Of a stretch of 64,000 nucleotides of DNA, positions 1-13,583 are shown one piece after another. The stretch lies in contig NC_057739.1 of NCBI RefSeq assembly GCF_004010195.1, forward strand, positions 7,104,897-7,168,896, given 5' to 3'. Under the pieces are notes generated by a model. It was not told the origin of the DNA, searched no databases, and was given only the letters and a program-made list of their open reading frames with translations. This stretch comes from Chiloscyllium plagiosum. Lineage: Eukaryota. Both the position numbers and the translations under genes were made by a program. Within the stretch, counting starts at the first letter, position 1; the number at the start of each line of letters is the position of its first letter.

Positions 1-115
1 CCCATCCCCCTCCCTATCATCACCATCTCCCTCCCTATCATCTCCATTCCGCCCATCATCTCCATCCCCCCTATCATCTCCATTCCCCTCCCTATCATCT
101 CCATTTGCCTCTCCC
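1..115. repeat. Pyrimidine-rich minisatellite, unit ~CCATYCCCCTCCCTATCATCT
   Basis: About five degenerate ~20-bp copies containing 'ctatcatctcca' visible at the window start. Confidence 0.75.
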
Positions 116-239
116 TCTTATTCCTCTCATTGCCAACACACTAAAAAGGCACAGACAAACTTAAGAAGCACCACAATGCTGGAGAATCCTGAGAATCATA
201 GATCATGTTTCCCTCACCACACCTCAGGTTAATGTAATT

Positions 240-1153
240 CCATCGATATAGAAGCAGCAGGAGGTTATTTGGCTCATTGAGTTTGCTTCACCATTCAATG
301 AGATCATGCCCTATCAGATCATTCTTGATTTCACTTTCCTTGCCTTTTTCCCACAACCCTTGATTCACTTCACTGACTAGAAATCTCTCCATTGCAGCCT
401 TGAATATACTTAATGGCCCAGCATCAATAGCCTTCACCGTAATGAATTCCACAGATTCACTCGCCTCTGAGTCTGAAATGACACATTCTGGTCCAAGACT
501 CTCCCCCTGAGGGGAAACATTTCTCCACATCTACCTGTCAAGTCTCCTCAGAATCTTGTATGTTTCATAAAGTCACCTTTCAATTCTAAAATCTCATGAG
601 TGCAGACCCAACCTACTCAACCTCTCCTCACCCGTCAGTCCCTCCAGTCCAACCTTCTCTGAACTGCCTCCAGTGCCAATATACCTTTCTTAGATCAGGA
701 GACTGAAATAAAGGGATTCACAGTGTTCTAGCTGTGATCCCGGTAGTACTCCATTCCCTTTGAAATAAAGGCTGACATTCCATTTGCTTTCCCTATTACC
801 CACTCAATTTGGGTATTAGGTTGTTGTGATGTTTCAACGGCTTTCTGTCTTTCAACAATATTCTTTCCCAATTCAGCAATAGGCAACTTCTCTACTCTTT
901 CTGCAAAAGTGTATAACCCCATATTTCTTTCTTCTGTCAAGATTTTCCCTCTCACTTAAACTGTCTCTGTCCCTCTTTGTGACCTCCTCATCACCTGCCT
1001 TCCAACCAATCTAATTTTGCCTCATCCATAATCTTCACAAGAATGCATTCACCTCTGTTGTCTAAGTCAATAATATATATCATAAGTAATTGTGACCTGT
1101 GTAGCACTGATCCGTGTGGCAGTCCATTAGTTACAGTTGCCATCCTGAAAATA
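240..1153 (-). mobile_element. Old, degraded CR1/L2-type LINE 3' fragment (host of the Penelope insertion)
   Basis: Antisense CR1-like tail text ('tcaatgagatcatg...gaattccacagattcac') and RT remnant 'agcactgatccgtgtggcagtcca'; no intact ORF; resumes after 4178. Confidence 0.55.
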
Positions 1154-1161
1154 CGCACCTT

Positions 1162-1938
1162 GTTGTGGTTATGTTCGCCGAGCTGGGAATTTGTGTTGCA
1201 GATGTTTCGTCCCCTGTCTAGATGACATCCTCAGTGCTTGGGAGCCTCCTGTGAAGCGCTTCTGTGATCTTTCCTCCGGCATTTATAGTGATTTGTATCT
1301 GTCGCTTCCGGTTGTCAGTTCCAGCTGTCCGTTGCAGTGGCCGGTATATTGGGTCCAGGTCGATGTGCTTATTGATTGAATCTGTGGATGAATGCCATGC
1401 CTCTAGGAATTCCCTGGCTGTTCTCTGTCTGGCTTGCCCTATAATAGTAGTGTTGTCCCAGTCAAACTCATGTTGCTTGTCATCTGCGTGTGTGGCTACT
1501 AAGGATAGCTGGTCGTGTTGTTTCGTGGCTAGTTGATGTTCATGGATGCGGATCGTTAGCTGTCTTCCTGTTTGTCCTATGTAGTGTTTTGTGCAGTCCT
1601 TGCATGGGAGTTTGTGCACTACATTGGTTTTACTCATGCTGGGTATCGGGTCCTTTGTCCTGGTGAGTTGTTGTCTGAGAGGTGCTGTTATGAGTCCTAG
1701 TGGTTGCAGTAGTCTGGCTGTCAGTTCAGAAATGCTCTTGATGTATAGGAGTGTGGCTAGTCCTTTGGGTTGCGGCATGTCCTCGTTCCGTTGTCTTTCC
1801 CTTAGGCATCTGTTGATGAAATTGTGCGGGTATCCATTTTTGGCGAACACATTGTATAGGTGTTCCTCTTCCTCTTTTTGCAGTTCTGGTGTACTGCAGT
1901 GTGTTGTGGCCCTTTTGAATAGTGTCTTGATGCAACTT
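1162..1938 (-). mobile_element. Penelope-like element, inverted 3' arm (GIY-YIG endonuclease region and tail)
   Basis: ORF 1218-1850(-) has VVHKLPCKDCTKHYIGQTGR...RIHEH...REFLEAWH, a PLE-type GIY-YIG domain; it is the reverse complement of 3546-4137. Confidence 0.92.
1198..1237 (-). ncRNA. Minimal type I hammerhead ribozyme motif (decayed stem III) in PLE tail
   Basis: Minus strand reads gca-CTGAGGA-tgtc..gac-GAAA-catc-tgc; the stem III CG has become CA. Confidence 0.6.
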
Positions 1939-3771
1939 GATGGGAATCCTGTGCCAACCGCCTAAGCGCCACATATGAACAACTCCGGCTCCTGCACGAA
2001 TGCCAAAAAAATCGAATCCTTCCACCATGTGTCAGATACAGACCGCCAGTCAACAACCCACAGGCCAGGGACACAGCCAGACAGAACGGACTCAGGATGA
2101 TCCAGGTAATGATTACAGACGCTCACAACAGACTTCACAAATACAGACAAGAAATTGCGTGCCAAAAATCGTTAATTTCAAAAACCACCAATCAGGAATG
2201 GACCCGGACCATAGAACAGGCCGTCACCATAGGACAGAACAGGATCACACACCGCAAAAAAAGGCACTAAAAGAAAAAATGGCCAAACTAACAGACAACA
2301 GAGAGGACACCACAACACACTTGGGTTAGAAACCTCTCCCACAAACAGCTCACGGACTCGGAAAGAACAATACTGGTCAAGGGACTCAACTACCAACCAC
2401 AGGGACGCCAAGACAGCAGACTTCCTAGCAGCACTAGAATGCACACTCAGGAACAATGGACTGACAGAAGAGACACAACAAACAGTGAGACAAAGTATCG
2501 TACCCCTGATAACAAGGAAAAGACAAACACATAACCTCAACACCAAGGAGAGGGAAGCTCTAAAAGCACTAAGAAATAATAAGAACATAATCATACTACC
2601 AGCAGACAAAGGCAGAATGACGGTCATCCTGGACAAAGCAGAGTACATCCAAAAAGCACAACAACTACTTGCAGATACCAACACCTACCAAAAGAGGGAG
2701 TTTGACCCCACCCCACCCCACAGCTCACCAATAGGATAAACAACACACTGAGGAACCTACAAAAAATGGACAGATAACCAGGTCAGACCTACAGAGAATG
2801 AAACCTGAAAGCAACAACATCCCAGATTCTATGGACTACCTAAAGTTCACAAACCAAACATCCCACTCAGACCCATAGTATCACTACCAGGGACACCATC
2901 ACACAAACTGGTTAAAGAACTACAGCAAAAACTGAAACACCTGATCAGCGGATCCAGATAATCTATACAATCAACACAGGAATTCTTAGACATAATCAGA
3001 AATATACACATAGACAAGGAAGAAACTATGGTCTCATTCGATGTAACGGCACTGTTCACCTCTATCGACAAAACCCTAGCCAGAGAAACAATAGCCAACC
3101 TGCTGGACATACAGAAGAGACAACAGGACGTTGAACCTATCAACAAAGACTGAATACTCAAACTACTGAACCTGTGCCTCACAACACACTTCACACTCAA
3201 CAACCAAATATATGAACAAATCAACGGCACACCCATGGGCTTACCCATCTTTGGACTCATAGCAGAAGCGGTAATGTAAAGATGAGAACAAACAGTCCTA
3301 CCGCAAATTCAACCCAAACTCTGGGTCAGAAATGTAGATGGCACCTTTGTAATCATTAAAAACACGGAAATAGAGAACACACACCGGATCATCAACGCCA
3401 CACTCACAGGAATCCGATTCACTAGAGAGGACGTGATGGTACAGAGAACACCGAACGGAGAATTCACCACAAAGGTTTACAGGAAAGCCACACACACAGA
3501 CCAAGTCCTGAACTACGAAAGCAACCACCCCAATACACACAAAAGAAGTTGCATCAAGACACTGTTCAAAAGGGCCACAACACACTGCAGCACACCAGAA
3601 CTGCAAAAAGAGGAAGAAGAACACCTATACAATGTATTTGCCAAAAACGGATACCCCCGCAATTTCATCAACAGATGCCTAAGGGAAAGACAACAGAACG
3701 AGGACATGCCGCAACCCAAAGGACTAGCCACACTACCATACATCAAAAACATTTCCGAACTGACAGCCAGA

Positions 3772-3828
3772 NNNNNNNNNNNNNNNNNNNNNNNNNNNNN
3801 NNNNNNNNNNNNNNNNNNNNNNNNNNNN
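3772..3828. other. Assembly gap (57 N)
   Basis: Run of N. Confidence 1.
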
Positions 3829-4057
3829 TTCGACTGGGACAACATTACTATTATAGGACAAGCCAAACAGAGAACAGCCAGGGAATTCCTAGAGGCATGG
3901 CACTCATCCACAGATTCAATCAATAAGCACATCGACCTGGACCCAATATACCAGCCACTGCAGCAGACAGCTGGAACTGACAACCGGAAGCGGCAGATTC
4001 AAACCACTATAAATGCCAGAGGAAAGATCACAGAAGCGCTTCACAGGAGGCTCCCAA

Positions 4058-4097
4058 GCACTGAGGACGTCACCTAGACAGGGGACGAAACGTCTGC
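4058..4097 (+). ncRNA. Minimal type I hammerhead ribozyme motif in PLE tail
   Basis: gca-CTGAGGA-c-gtc(acctagacaggg)gac-GAAA-cgtc-tgc: core boxes, stem II GTC/GAC, palindromic ACGT stem III, GUC cleavage triplet, stem I GCA/TGC. Confidence 0.78.
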
Positions 4098-4254
4098 AAC
4101 ACAAATTCCCAGCTCGGCGAACAGAACCTCAACAACGAGCACCCGAGCTACAAATCTTCGCACAAATCTTCGCACCTTATCTCATTTCTCTATTTTCTAT
4201 TGGCTAGCTAAGCCGCTAACTGGACTAATCTATTACCTCCAACACCACGGGCTT

Positions 4255-4470
4255 TCTTTCATTCATGGGGTGTGGGTGTTGCTGACTGGGCCAGTATTTA
4301 TTGCCCATCTCTAGTTGCCCTTGATAGGGTGGGCTTGAGCTGCTTTCTTGAGCTGCTGCAGTTTATATGCTGTGGGTTGACCTTAGGGAAGCCATTCCAG
4401 GATCTTGACCCAGCGACAGTGAAGGAACTGCAATATATTTCCAAGTCAGAATGGTCTGGAGGGGATCTTG
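4255..4470 (-). mobile_element. L2-like LINE/SINE 3' tail fragment
   Basis: 'ggccagtatttattgcccatctctagttgcccttga' recurs in degraded form at ~14330, ~31590 and ~38980. Confidence 0.5.
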
Positions 4471-4479
4471 CAGATGGCA

Positions 4480-4826
4480 ATCTGCAAGATCCAGGGATAC
4501 ACTCAAAGTCTCACTGGGGAAATGTGGCGTTCCCACAGACACCTGGGAATCACTGGCCCGAGACCATCCCAAAGTGGAGGAAGAGCATCCGGGAAGGTGT
4601 CGAGCGCCTCAGGACTTGATGTTGGGAAAAAATGGAAGCCAGAAAAAAAACAGCATAAGGAGTACGCTGCCATAGCAACGCCCCACCCACGCCTTCCCAT
4701 GACCACCTTCTGCTCCAAGTATAACAGAGCCTGCAGTAACCGTATCAGTCTGTACAGCCACCTACAGACCACCCTGAGAGGGGAAGAGAGTCATCCTTGT
4801 CTGCAAGGGGCTGCCGATATTATGAT
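4480..4826 (+). mobile_element. RTE-clade LINE 3' fragment
   Basis: Translation RDTLKVSLGKCGVPTDTWESLARDHPK/WRKSIREG plus terminal CSKYNRACSNRISLYSH zinc-finger remnant and GAT-like tail resemble RTE ORF C-termini. Confidence 0.7.
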
Positions 4827-5903
4827 TAAAATCATTTACATTTATCCATGTGGACGTTAACCATAAAAAACTCTATTGCAGCTAACGGAAAAGGATACTC
4901 CTAAGTGAGGCATGGAGACAGCACACACATACTATTAATTAAATCAGTGCACAACACAGACAACAAAATATATAAACCTTAGTTTAATCACCACAGTCAG
5001 ACCTGGAAAGCCATGTGATAACATCAGACTTGGGTTTGAAAATAAAATGCTAATTACAGAAGCAATATTAGAACAATCCAACTGGTAAGAATGGGAAAGA
5101 TCTTTATCACACAAAAAACTATTTGAATTCAAGCCATTTGTAAACACAGAGAAATGAAACATTTTCACTAAGAAAACCATTAACAGAGATTTCCTTTAAG
5201 ATTGAAAGAGTAAGTGAGAGATGGGAGAGAACAGCATAAAGCATCACAATTGAATTGGCCAGATAAAAGTTCGCAACTTATCCTCTGCTTTAGTGGAGCA
5301 GTTTATTTTCTGAAGAGAAACCCCTGGACCTTTAAAATATATGAGGCCTTCATAGCGTAGCAAAAACTTATTAAAGTTAAATAGGCTATTTGGAAGATGG
5401 AAGCATTCTCAAACAGTTCCTTCTCCTGGTTATCTACATTTTATACATCCAAATTAAATGTCTGTGAAATTAGGTAGCTTGAACTTATCATATAGAAGTG
5501 TAGTTCTGAATATGAGTTAAAAACCATTAAACAGTTCATGCCCATCCATCTCTGTAACCACTCCCTGTAATATCCTAGGATTCAATCCATCAGGTCCAGG
5601 AACATTTAGCCTTTAGCCCCATTAGTTTCCAAGGTGCTTGTTTCTCTAGTGATAGCCATTGTGTTGGTTTCCTTCCTCACTTTTGCCCCTTGCTTATTTA
5701 ATATTTATAGAATGCTATTAATGTCTTCTAATGTAAAGATTGATGCAAAGTATTTAACTCCTGTTGTCTTCTGGTTCTCCATCATTATTTATCCAAATGC
5801 ATTCTCTAACGGGCCTGTACTACTCAGGCCTTTCTCTGCCCTTTTAGATTTTTAAAGAAGCGATTGCTGTCTGTTTTTATATTACTTCCTGGTTTATCCT
5901 CGA

Positions 5904-6069
5904 CAGAGGAACCTCGGTTATCCAAAGGGCTCAGGCCGGGTGTATTTCATTCGGTTAATCGAATTCTGGATAATCAAATGCTGGATAACATAGTTTAGCC
6001 AAGCATCGGGACCTTGCGATCTTGCCGGATAATCCGATAATCGAATGCTGGATAAATGACATTCCTCTA
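5904..6069. mobile_element. MITE (Tc1/mariner-pogo type) copy 1
   Basis: TIR CAGAGGAACCTCGGTTATCC...GGATAAATGACATTCCTCT; internal sequence shared with 40680-40822. Confidence 0.7.
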
Positions 6070-8399
6070 TATTTCCTTGCCCTTTTTTTTGGTCATAATT
6101 TGTTTTTGTTTTTAAAACCTTCCCAAACCTTTTGGCATATCACCAATCTTCATCACATTTTATTTTTCTTTTCTTTAATTTAATACTATTCTTAACTTCT
6201 TTGGTTAACCATGGTTAATTTATCCCCATCCTTCTTCCCCACTGGGGGATAACTTTGTTGTGAGTCATGAACTGTTCTCTTAAATTTCTGCCATTGCTCC
6301 TCAATCAGCTATGCTGCTTAACCCTTTGCCCAGTGTTGCCTTCATTACTTGGTAACACCCTTAATTAAACTTAGCACAGTGGTTTCTGAGCTGAGTTTCT
6401 CACTCTCAAATTAAATGCTAAATTCAACCAAATTATCGTCACTGTTTTCCTGGGGATCTTTTACTCTGAGATTATTAATTAAACCTGTCTCATTACATGG
6501 TACCATATTCAAAATAGCTTAATTTCTGGTTAGATCTATAAATATTGTTCTAGGAAGTTATCCTAAATATACTCTATGCCTTCTCTATCATGGAAACCTC
6601 TGCTAATTTAGTTTTCCCAATCTACATGAAGGTTAAGGTCACCCGTGATTAATGTGTGACTTTTTTTTAATGGACCCTCATTGTCTCAAGGGTTTATTTT
6701 CCCTGCCCTGCAGTAAAGTTTTTGTTCGGGGGTCTGTAGCCTGCTCCCACCACCCTCGTTAATTCTTATCTTCACCCAAATGGATTCTACATCACCCAGT
6801 CCAAGATCTTTTCTTGCTATTGTACTTGTTCTGTTTTGTACCAACAAAACTAACCTCCCCACTTCCTACCTGGCCTTATATATCCCTGAATATTAGTTCC
6901 CAGCTTTAATCTTGTAACCGTTCCCTCCATACGGTATAACTACATACCCATTGGCATTTACCTGCACCATTGCTTCATTTATTTTGCTCTGCGTATGGTA
7001 TTTATTTAAATAATGAGCTATTAACTTTGCTTTTTTACCATTTCATCCCTCTCTGATCCTATTTGCTATTTCTTTTTAATGTCTGTATGCTTTGCCCCTT
7101 CTCAATCCACGCTGGATATAAAGGTTGCGATATCATTTTCTTTTATTAAGTTCAAAATCTCGCGTCCATTATTCTGGACATGTACCTGTGTATATTAATC
7201 ATGCACTACGTCCAAAATTTTAGCATTCTTTTTAAAATCCAACTCGTATTTGAATGAGTCAGCACAAACTCCTTAGGGAATTTATTCCATAAATTAACAC
7301 ACATTAATTGAAATTGTTTCTGCAGATTAGTATTGAATTTGAGCACAGCTGAGCCCTCTTATTCTGCTGTTCTGGACAAGGTGACACATCTAGTCCCTTT
7401 ACAACCCTATAAACAGCAACTGGGTGACCTCTCGACTTGCTCTTTTCTAATGAAAAAGCACTCATATTTACATAAGTACTCTTCATAATTGAATGACCTG
7501 ACCTTCTCAGTCATTCTGCCGTCCATGCCTTCTCAGTCACTGTGACATTATTGGTCCATGGTAATCAGTGTTCTAAGTATCGTCGTGCCACTTATTTATA
7601 AACTGGCAGGATTCCCTCACGACTCTGGCTCACTGTTGCCTGGTTAAATATCCCATTAGATCGCAGCATCTGATTTGCTTTACTTCCACCCACCGAACCT
7701 CATTGCGACGGCTTGAATTCATTATCAGTTTAGGCTTCCAGATCTCTTCCATTTTCCAGATCCATTATCTCTCTCACTTTATTCAAGGAAATTGGAATTT
7801 TGTCCTGATCATAAAGCAGGTGGCAATTCTCTTTGTTAAATACCATCTGCTACTTCTCTGTTTGATTGGATAATCTACTTGAAAATACCTGAAACTTATC
7901 CAGGTCAGTTTTGCCATCTGCAGCCTGGATTAACTCGTTATTGTTATCTCAAAAAAAAGTAACTGCTGTGCTCATGTCTCTTAGATCCAGATAATTTACA
8001 AAGCCGTGAAAGAAAAGAGGTCTCAAAGCAGCTCCCAGACTGCTGGCAATCCCTGTATCAGTAATCTCTGGTCTCCACTGTTTACCTTCCTTATTGCTTG
8101 CAGATATTTCCTTTAATTCTTACCTGCTTACTTTTTACAGAGAAGTAGATCTTTGTTATTGCTATCCTGACCAAGTTCCCTCAAGTCACATTCTCAAACA
8201 CATCCAATATATTTGATTGGTAGATCAAACCCTTCAGGAAATTAAATGGGCTTTGATTAATCATTTTCATTCTTACTTATTCCAAGTTCTTAATCTTAAT
8301 AAGAGTTTCCGTTGCTTTACCTAGCATGAGTGTCAAAATCATTGCTCTGTGGCTTGCTGCATAATTTTGGTAACCTTTTATTGAAGTTAGGAATGACAT

Positions 8400-8650
8400 C
8401 TTTTTTTATTTGATTTTGATTTGATTTATTCTTGTCACATGTACCTAGGTACAGTGAAAAGTTTTGTTTTGCATACAGTACAGGCAGATCATACCATAGA
8501 AAGTGCATAAGGGCAATAGAATAGAATGGGGAATACAATGTTACAGCTGTAGAGAAGGTACACTCAGTGCGAGATCAAATTAAATTTGAAATTTGAGAGG
8601 TTCATTCAGAAGACTAATAACAGCGGAGAGGAAGCTGTTCTTGAATCTTT
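8400..8650 (-). mobile_element. LINE 3' end with (AATCA)n-like tail
   Basis: 'tttgattttgatttgatttattcttgtcacatgtacc' is an antisense poly(A) signal plus microsatellite tail typical of L2/CR1-group ends. Confidence 0.55.
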
Positions 8651-8726
8651 CCTTTGGTATTTAGTGAATTCCAGAAGAGGAACTAAAGGTTTCCCGCAGC
8701 TTTGTTTTTTCCCTTTATTCATTCAC

Positions 8727-9226
8727 NNNNNNNNNNNNNNNNNNNNNNNNNNNNNNNNNNNNNNNNNNNNNNNNNNNNNNNNNNNNNNNNNNNNNNNNNN
8801 NNNNNNNNNNNNNNNNNNNNNNNNNNNNNNNNNNNNNNNNNNNNNNNNNNNNNNNNNNNNNNNNNNNNNNNNNNNNNNNNNNNNNNNNNNNNNNNNNNNN
8901 NNNNNNNNNNNNNNNNNNNNNNNNNNNNNNNNNNNNNNNNNNNNNNNNNNNNNNNNNNNNNNNNNNNNNNNNNNNNNNNNNNNNNNNNNNNNNNNNNNNN
9001 NNNNNNNNNNNNNNNNNNNNNNNNNNNNNNNNNNNNNNNNNNNNNNNNNNNNNNNNNNNNNNNNNNNNNNNNNNNNNNNNNNNNNNNNNNNNNNNNNNNN
9101 NNNNNNNNNNNNNNNNNNNNNNNNNNNNNNNNNNNNNNNNNNNNNNNNNNNNNNNNNNNNNNNNNNNNNNNNNNNNNNNNNNNNNNNNNNNNNNNNNNNN
9201 NNNNNNNNNNNNNNNNNNNNNNNNNN
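8727..9226. other. Assembly gap (500 N)
   Basis: Run of N. Confidence 1.
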
Positions 9227-9567
9227 TGTGCACTTGTACTTGTGCTAACTAATGCAGGATAATTCAAATCCAATCTATTGTACTGAAATAGTTGAAAATC
9301 CATGGTGCTGTGAGGATGAGCATTAGAATTCTTTCATCAGTTTTAAGAGTAGGACCATTTAGGAGTGGCATCTGAGGTTCCTTATCCATTTGCAGACCAG
9401 TGGAACTCTCTCTCTTTGCTAAAAGTTTGTATGTGTTTGGGTTAATTCAAATGTTCAACAATGAGGTTGATGTATGTTTTGAGGGATATGAAGCAAAGGT
9501 GTGTAAATGGAGTTGACTTAGATCTGCTGGGGTCTAAACCGGTAGCAGTAAAGTCTTGAGTGGCTGA

Positions 9568-9741
<174 letters not shown>

Positions 9742-10876
9742 TGAGTATCACAGTAGGGCGAGGTGTTGTTCAAAATCTCCCTCCCTTGGAGAGGTTTATA
9801 AGGCTGTCTTTATGAAGAGTGCTGCAGTGACATGACTGTTCTCACAAAGGCCTATGTATGAATCCAGCAAGGGTGATTGGTTGTCTTTTGGAATTTAATT
9901 TGGGATTCAGAACCCTAGTTTTGTGATTGGCTTCATACCAGCACTGTTTGCAATTTTGCTGTAAAGAAAGCTTCCTTAAGTAATTGAGGTAGGGAGCTGT
10001 TCTGGTATCCAAGTCTACAACAGCACAGAATGCAGAGAATTTTATACTCTTCCAACTATGTCAAAGTTATATTGTTTTGATGCCGTTTATATATTGCAAA
10101 ACCCACCGAATTTCTGATTGAGGAAAATTAGTTGTTGACTAATGTTTGAAAGTATGCTTCCCAATCTGTATATGTAAGGAGGTGTGATTGTCGGATTCAA
10201 TGAATAAAACCCACGTTATGTTAAGTGATTAAGAGTTGATGCATTCATTGTGTGAAGGTCGACACATGTATGGTACAGGGCCAAGTTATTAGCATTTATT
10301 GAAGATTATGCTATGCATGACTTTTACAATTTACAGAAAGATTAGAAATGAGTCAGAAGTAATTAAACATTAGTTTTCATTTTATACAATGTTCCCCGAT
10401 AGTAAATCTGTGTTCTCAAGCAGGAAAGAGAAACTCAACCCAACAAGTCTGTATCTTTCTCCACGCCAGCCATCTTTCTATTTTGACCCTCCCTATACCC
10501 TTTAATAATCTTTTTCCAACATCTATAACTCCTTTATGAAATAAATAATGGACTCTGCTTCAACTGTCGCAATTAATTCCATATTCTGAAATTTTGTATT
10601 TGAGTTTTCTTCCCTTCCGCTTCTCCCTCCTCCTCCCCTCGCCCAATCTTCCCTTTAATTCTTTCTAATATCTTCTCAGTCTCTCTTCTTTAATTCTCAA
10701 CTGGATGGGGAATCCACTGAATTTCAGCACCTTCCTATTGCAACATGTGAAACAAGACCTCCCTCAGCTTACTAAACAACCATTTTGGATACAAAGCCAC
10801 TAAAATGTATTGTAAACTCTGTAGTTTACTGGTGGATGGCTATGCTTTCTGTCCAAATTCATAAAAGCTTTAATAA

Positions 10877-11056
<180 letters not shown>

Positions 11057-12166
11057 TAGGGATGCTGTGGGATGATGAGAGAAGTCCTTATGGAGTAACT
11101 AATAATCTTTAGTTTAATGTTACAGCATGTTGCAGTTCACTTAATCAGAAGACACTGCTGTCAGGGGCAAAATGCAGCTGTCCAAACCATTTGCGTAAAA
11201 GGAATTGCAGAGCTCCCTGGGTGGTAAAAGAGAAAAATTTGGATAAAGTAGACAAAAGTGCACTTATAACAGGGGAAAAAAATTGAAAGCAAATTTTGAA
11301 AACAAAAAATTCAGTGAAGAGTTGAAGAAGCAAATATGAAGAAAAAACTCAGCTGACATGAAAGGGAATCCCAAAGTATTTTGTGGGTATAGAGGTGTAA
11401 AAGGTGTGGCAGGTCCAAATGGGCAGCATAAAGGAGACTTACCACACAGAAGCAGAGGACACAGCAAAAGTATAAATAAGTACATCTGTCCTTACCACAG
11501 ATGAAAATGCTGCCGAGGCTATGGTAAAAGAGAAGATAATTCGGATACTGAATATTCAGAATTGAAATGGTGATGGTATTGGACAAGTTTTCTGTACTTG
11601 AAGTTGAGAAGGCACTGGGGTAAGCAGTTTCCCTCAGCCTCATTGGGTGCGAGGGTGGAAATTGCAGATATATTGTTTGTAATTTTCGTACTGAGACTAG
11701 AGGATGGTGCTGCAGCACTGGAGAATTGTATATGCTATACCGTTGTTCAAAAAAGGTTGAAGCTTTAAGTGCAGCAACTACATACCAGTCAGTTTAACTT
11801 TGTAGGAGCAGCTTCCAGAAATGATGATTTGAGGCAAAATGAATGGTTACATAGACAAATGTGGCTTAATGAAGGACAGCTTGTATGGGTTTCTTAAAGG
11901 AAAATCATGTTTAATTTGCTGGTAGTTTTTTATTTGAGAGCCGATTTATTGGGGACAATGGTGTCGATGTGCTGCCCATGGACCTCTAAAAGGTATTTGA
12001 TAAAGTGCCACAGAACTGACCTATGAGCAAAGCTAAAAATAATGAAGTGAAAGAGATAGTGGCAATGTGGGTGTTTCTCAATTTTGGGGGGCAAGGATTT
12101 TAGTTGAATTCCCCAGAGATCAGTATTGGGATTCTCGCTTTTCTTGAGGTACATTAAAGATCTAGA

Positions 12167-12364
12167 GGAAGTGAGCACTGCAGATGCTGGAGATCAGAGT
12201 CGAAAAGTGTGGCGCTGGAAAAGTGCACAGGTCAGGCAGCATCCAAGGGGCAAGAGATTTCATTCTTTCATTCCTGATGAAGGGCTTATGTCCGAAACGT
12301 TGACCCTCCTGTTCTTCAATACTGCCTGACCTGCGGTGCTTTTCCAGCGCCACACTTTTCAAAG
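12167..12364. mobile_element. Non-autonomous fold-back PLE-tail element with central hammerhead
   Basis: Inverted arms (~12202-12255 vs ~12305-12361); 13-bp TSD TTAAAGATCTAGA at 12154-12166 and 12365-12377. Confidence 0.85.
12271..12303 (+). ncRNA. Minimal hammerhead ribozyme motif, intact core
   Basis: ttc-CTGATGA-a-gggc(ttat)gtcc-GAAA-cgtt-ga. Confidence 0.72.
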
Positions 12365-12956
12365 TTAAAGATCTAGACTTTGATATACAGGGCACAGTTG
12401 CATTGTGAACTAAGTGTGATGTATAACTTGAAAAGAACAAGTTAGTGGAATGGTCGATGACCTCCAGTGCAGAGAAATGTGAATTGATTCATTCTGCTAG
12501 AAAGAATGTGGAAAAGCAATATAAATTAAAGGGTATCGCATGAGCACAGAAACCTAGATATCTAAGTACATAAGTGATTGAAGCCACAGGACAGGTAGAG
12601 CGACAAGTCATTAATGGTTTTTATTAATGGCATAGAGCACAAGAGGAAGAATATTATGTTGAGCTAGTATAAACCATTAGTTTGGACTCAGCTGCAATAT
12701 TGTATCCAGCTCTGGGTGTGAACATCTGTGAAGATTTTGGAGACTACAGAAAAGATTCAGGAGATTGGTTTCAGGGCTGAGAAAGTTGGGTAGAAAAAGG
12801 GAAGGTTATGAGGAGATTTGAAAGATATTCAGAATTATGGTGAGGTCTGTACAGAGTGGATAAGGAACAACTGTTCCCAATTGTAAAATCATCAATTGAG
12901 TAATACGAGGAAAAATGTTTTCATGTCATAGTTCATATGTGGAGAGCACTGTTTGA

Positions 12957-13058
12957 ATGTGTGTTTGCCCGCTGAGCTGGAAGGTTCATTTTCAGCTCAA
13001 CGAGCAGACCTACATCCAAAACCTCAACCTGAGCTACAAATCTTCTCAAAACTCGCTA
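12957..13058 (+). mobile_element. Short PLE-tail insertion with small inverted 5' segment
   Basis: Shares 'gagctacaaatcttc' tail with 4145-4159; 12-bp TSD AGCACTGTTTGA at 12945-12956 and 13059-13070. Confidence 0.75.
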
Positions 13059-13250
13059 AGCACTGTTTGAGTTTGTGGTTAAGTATTCAAAATTAGGTAT
13101 ATACAGAGTTACAGGGTGACAGCAGTGGAATGGTACTTGGCGAATTGCACATTCGGAGAAATAATACAAGTAGTTACCCTCCTGTGCAGTACAAAATTCT
13201 AATTTGTGAAGTTGCATTTTAATTTGTGGTTTTCCCCTCCAATGCATTGA

Positions 13251-13583
<333 letters not shown>

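Larger units (their letters stand above)
1939..4170 (+). mobile_element. Penelope-like retroelement, RT + GIY-YIG, disrupted by stops and frameshifts
   Basis: RT motifs ILPADKG, KVHKPNIPLRPIVS, VSFDVTALFTSI, QINGTPMG, decayed YVDD (RNVDG), VYRKATHTDQVL; endonuclease C-terminus REFLEAWHS. Whole structure is flanked by direct repeat CGCACCTT (1154-1161, 4171-4178). Confidence 0.93.
11170..12945 (+). mobile_element. Old CR1-type LINE remnant in ZMYND19 intron, interrupted by younger insertions
   Basis: Degraded RT motifs 'ccagtcagtttaact', 'aaatcatgtttaa', 'aaggtatttgataaagtgccaca'. Confidence 0.6.

Noticed and set aside
8586-9303. Long ORFs spanning N runs (also 24341-25025 and 37289-38002)
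   Set aside because: Artefacts of translating assembly gaps.
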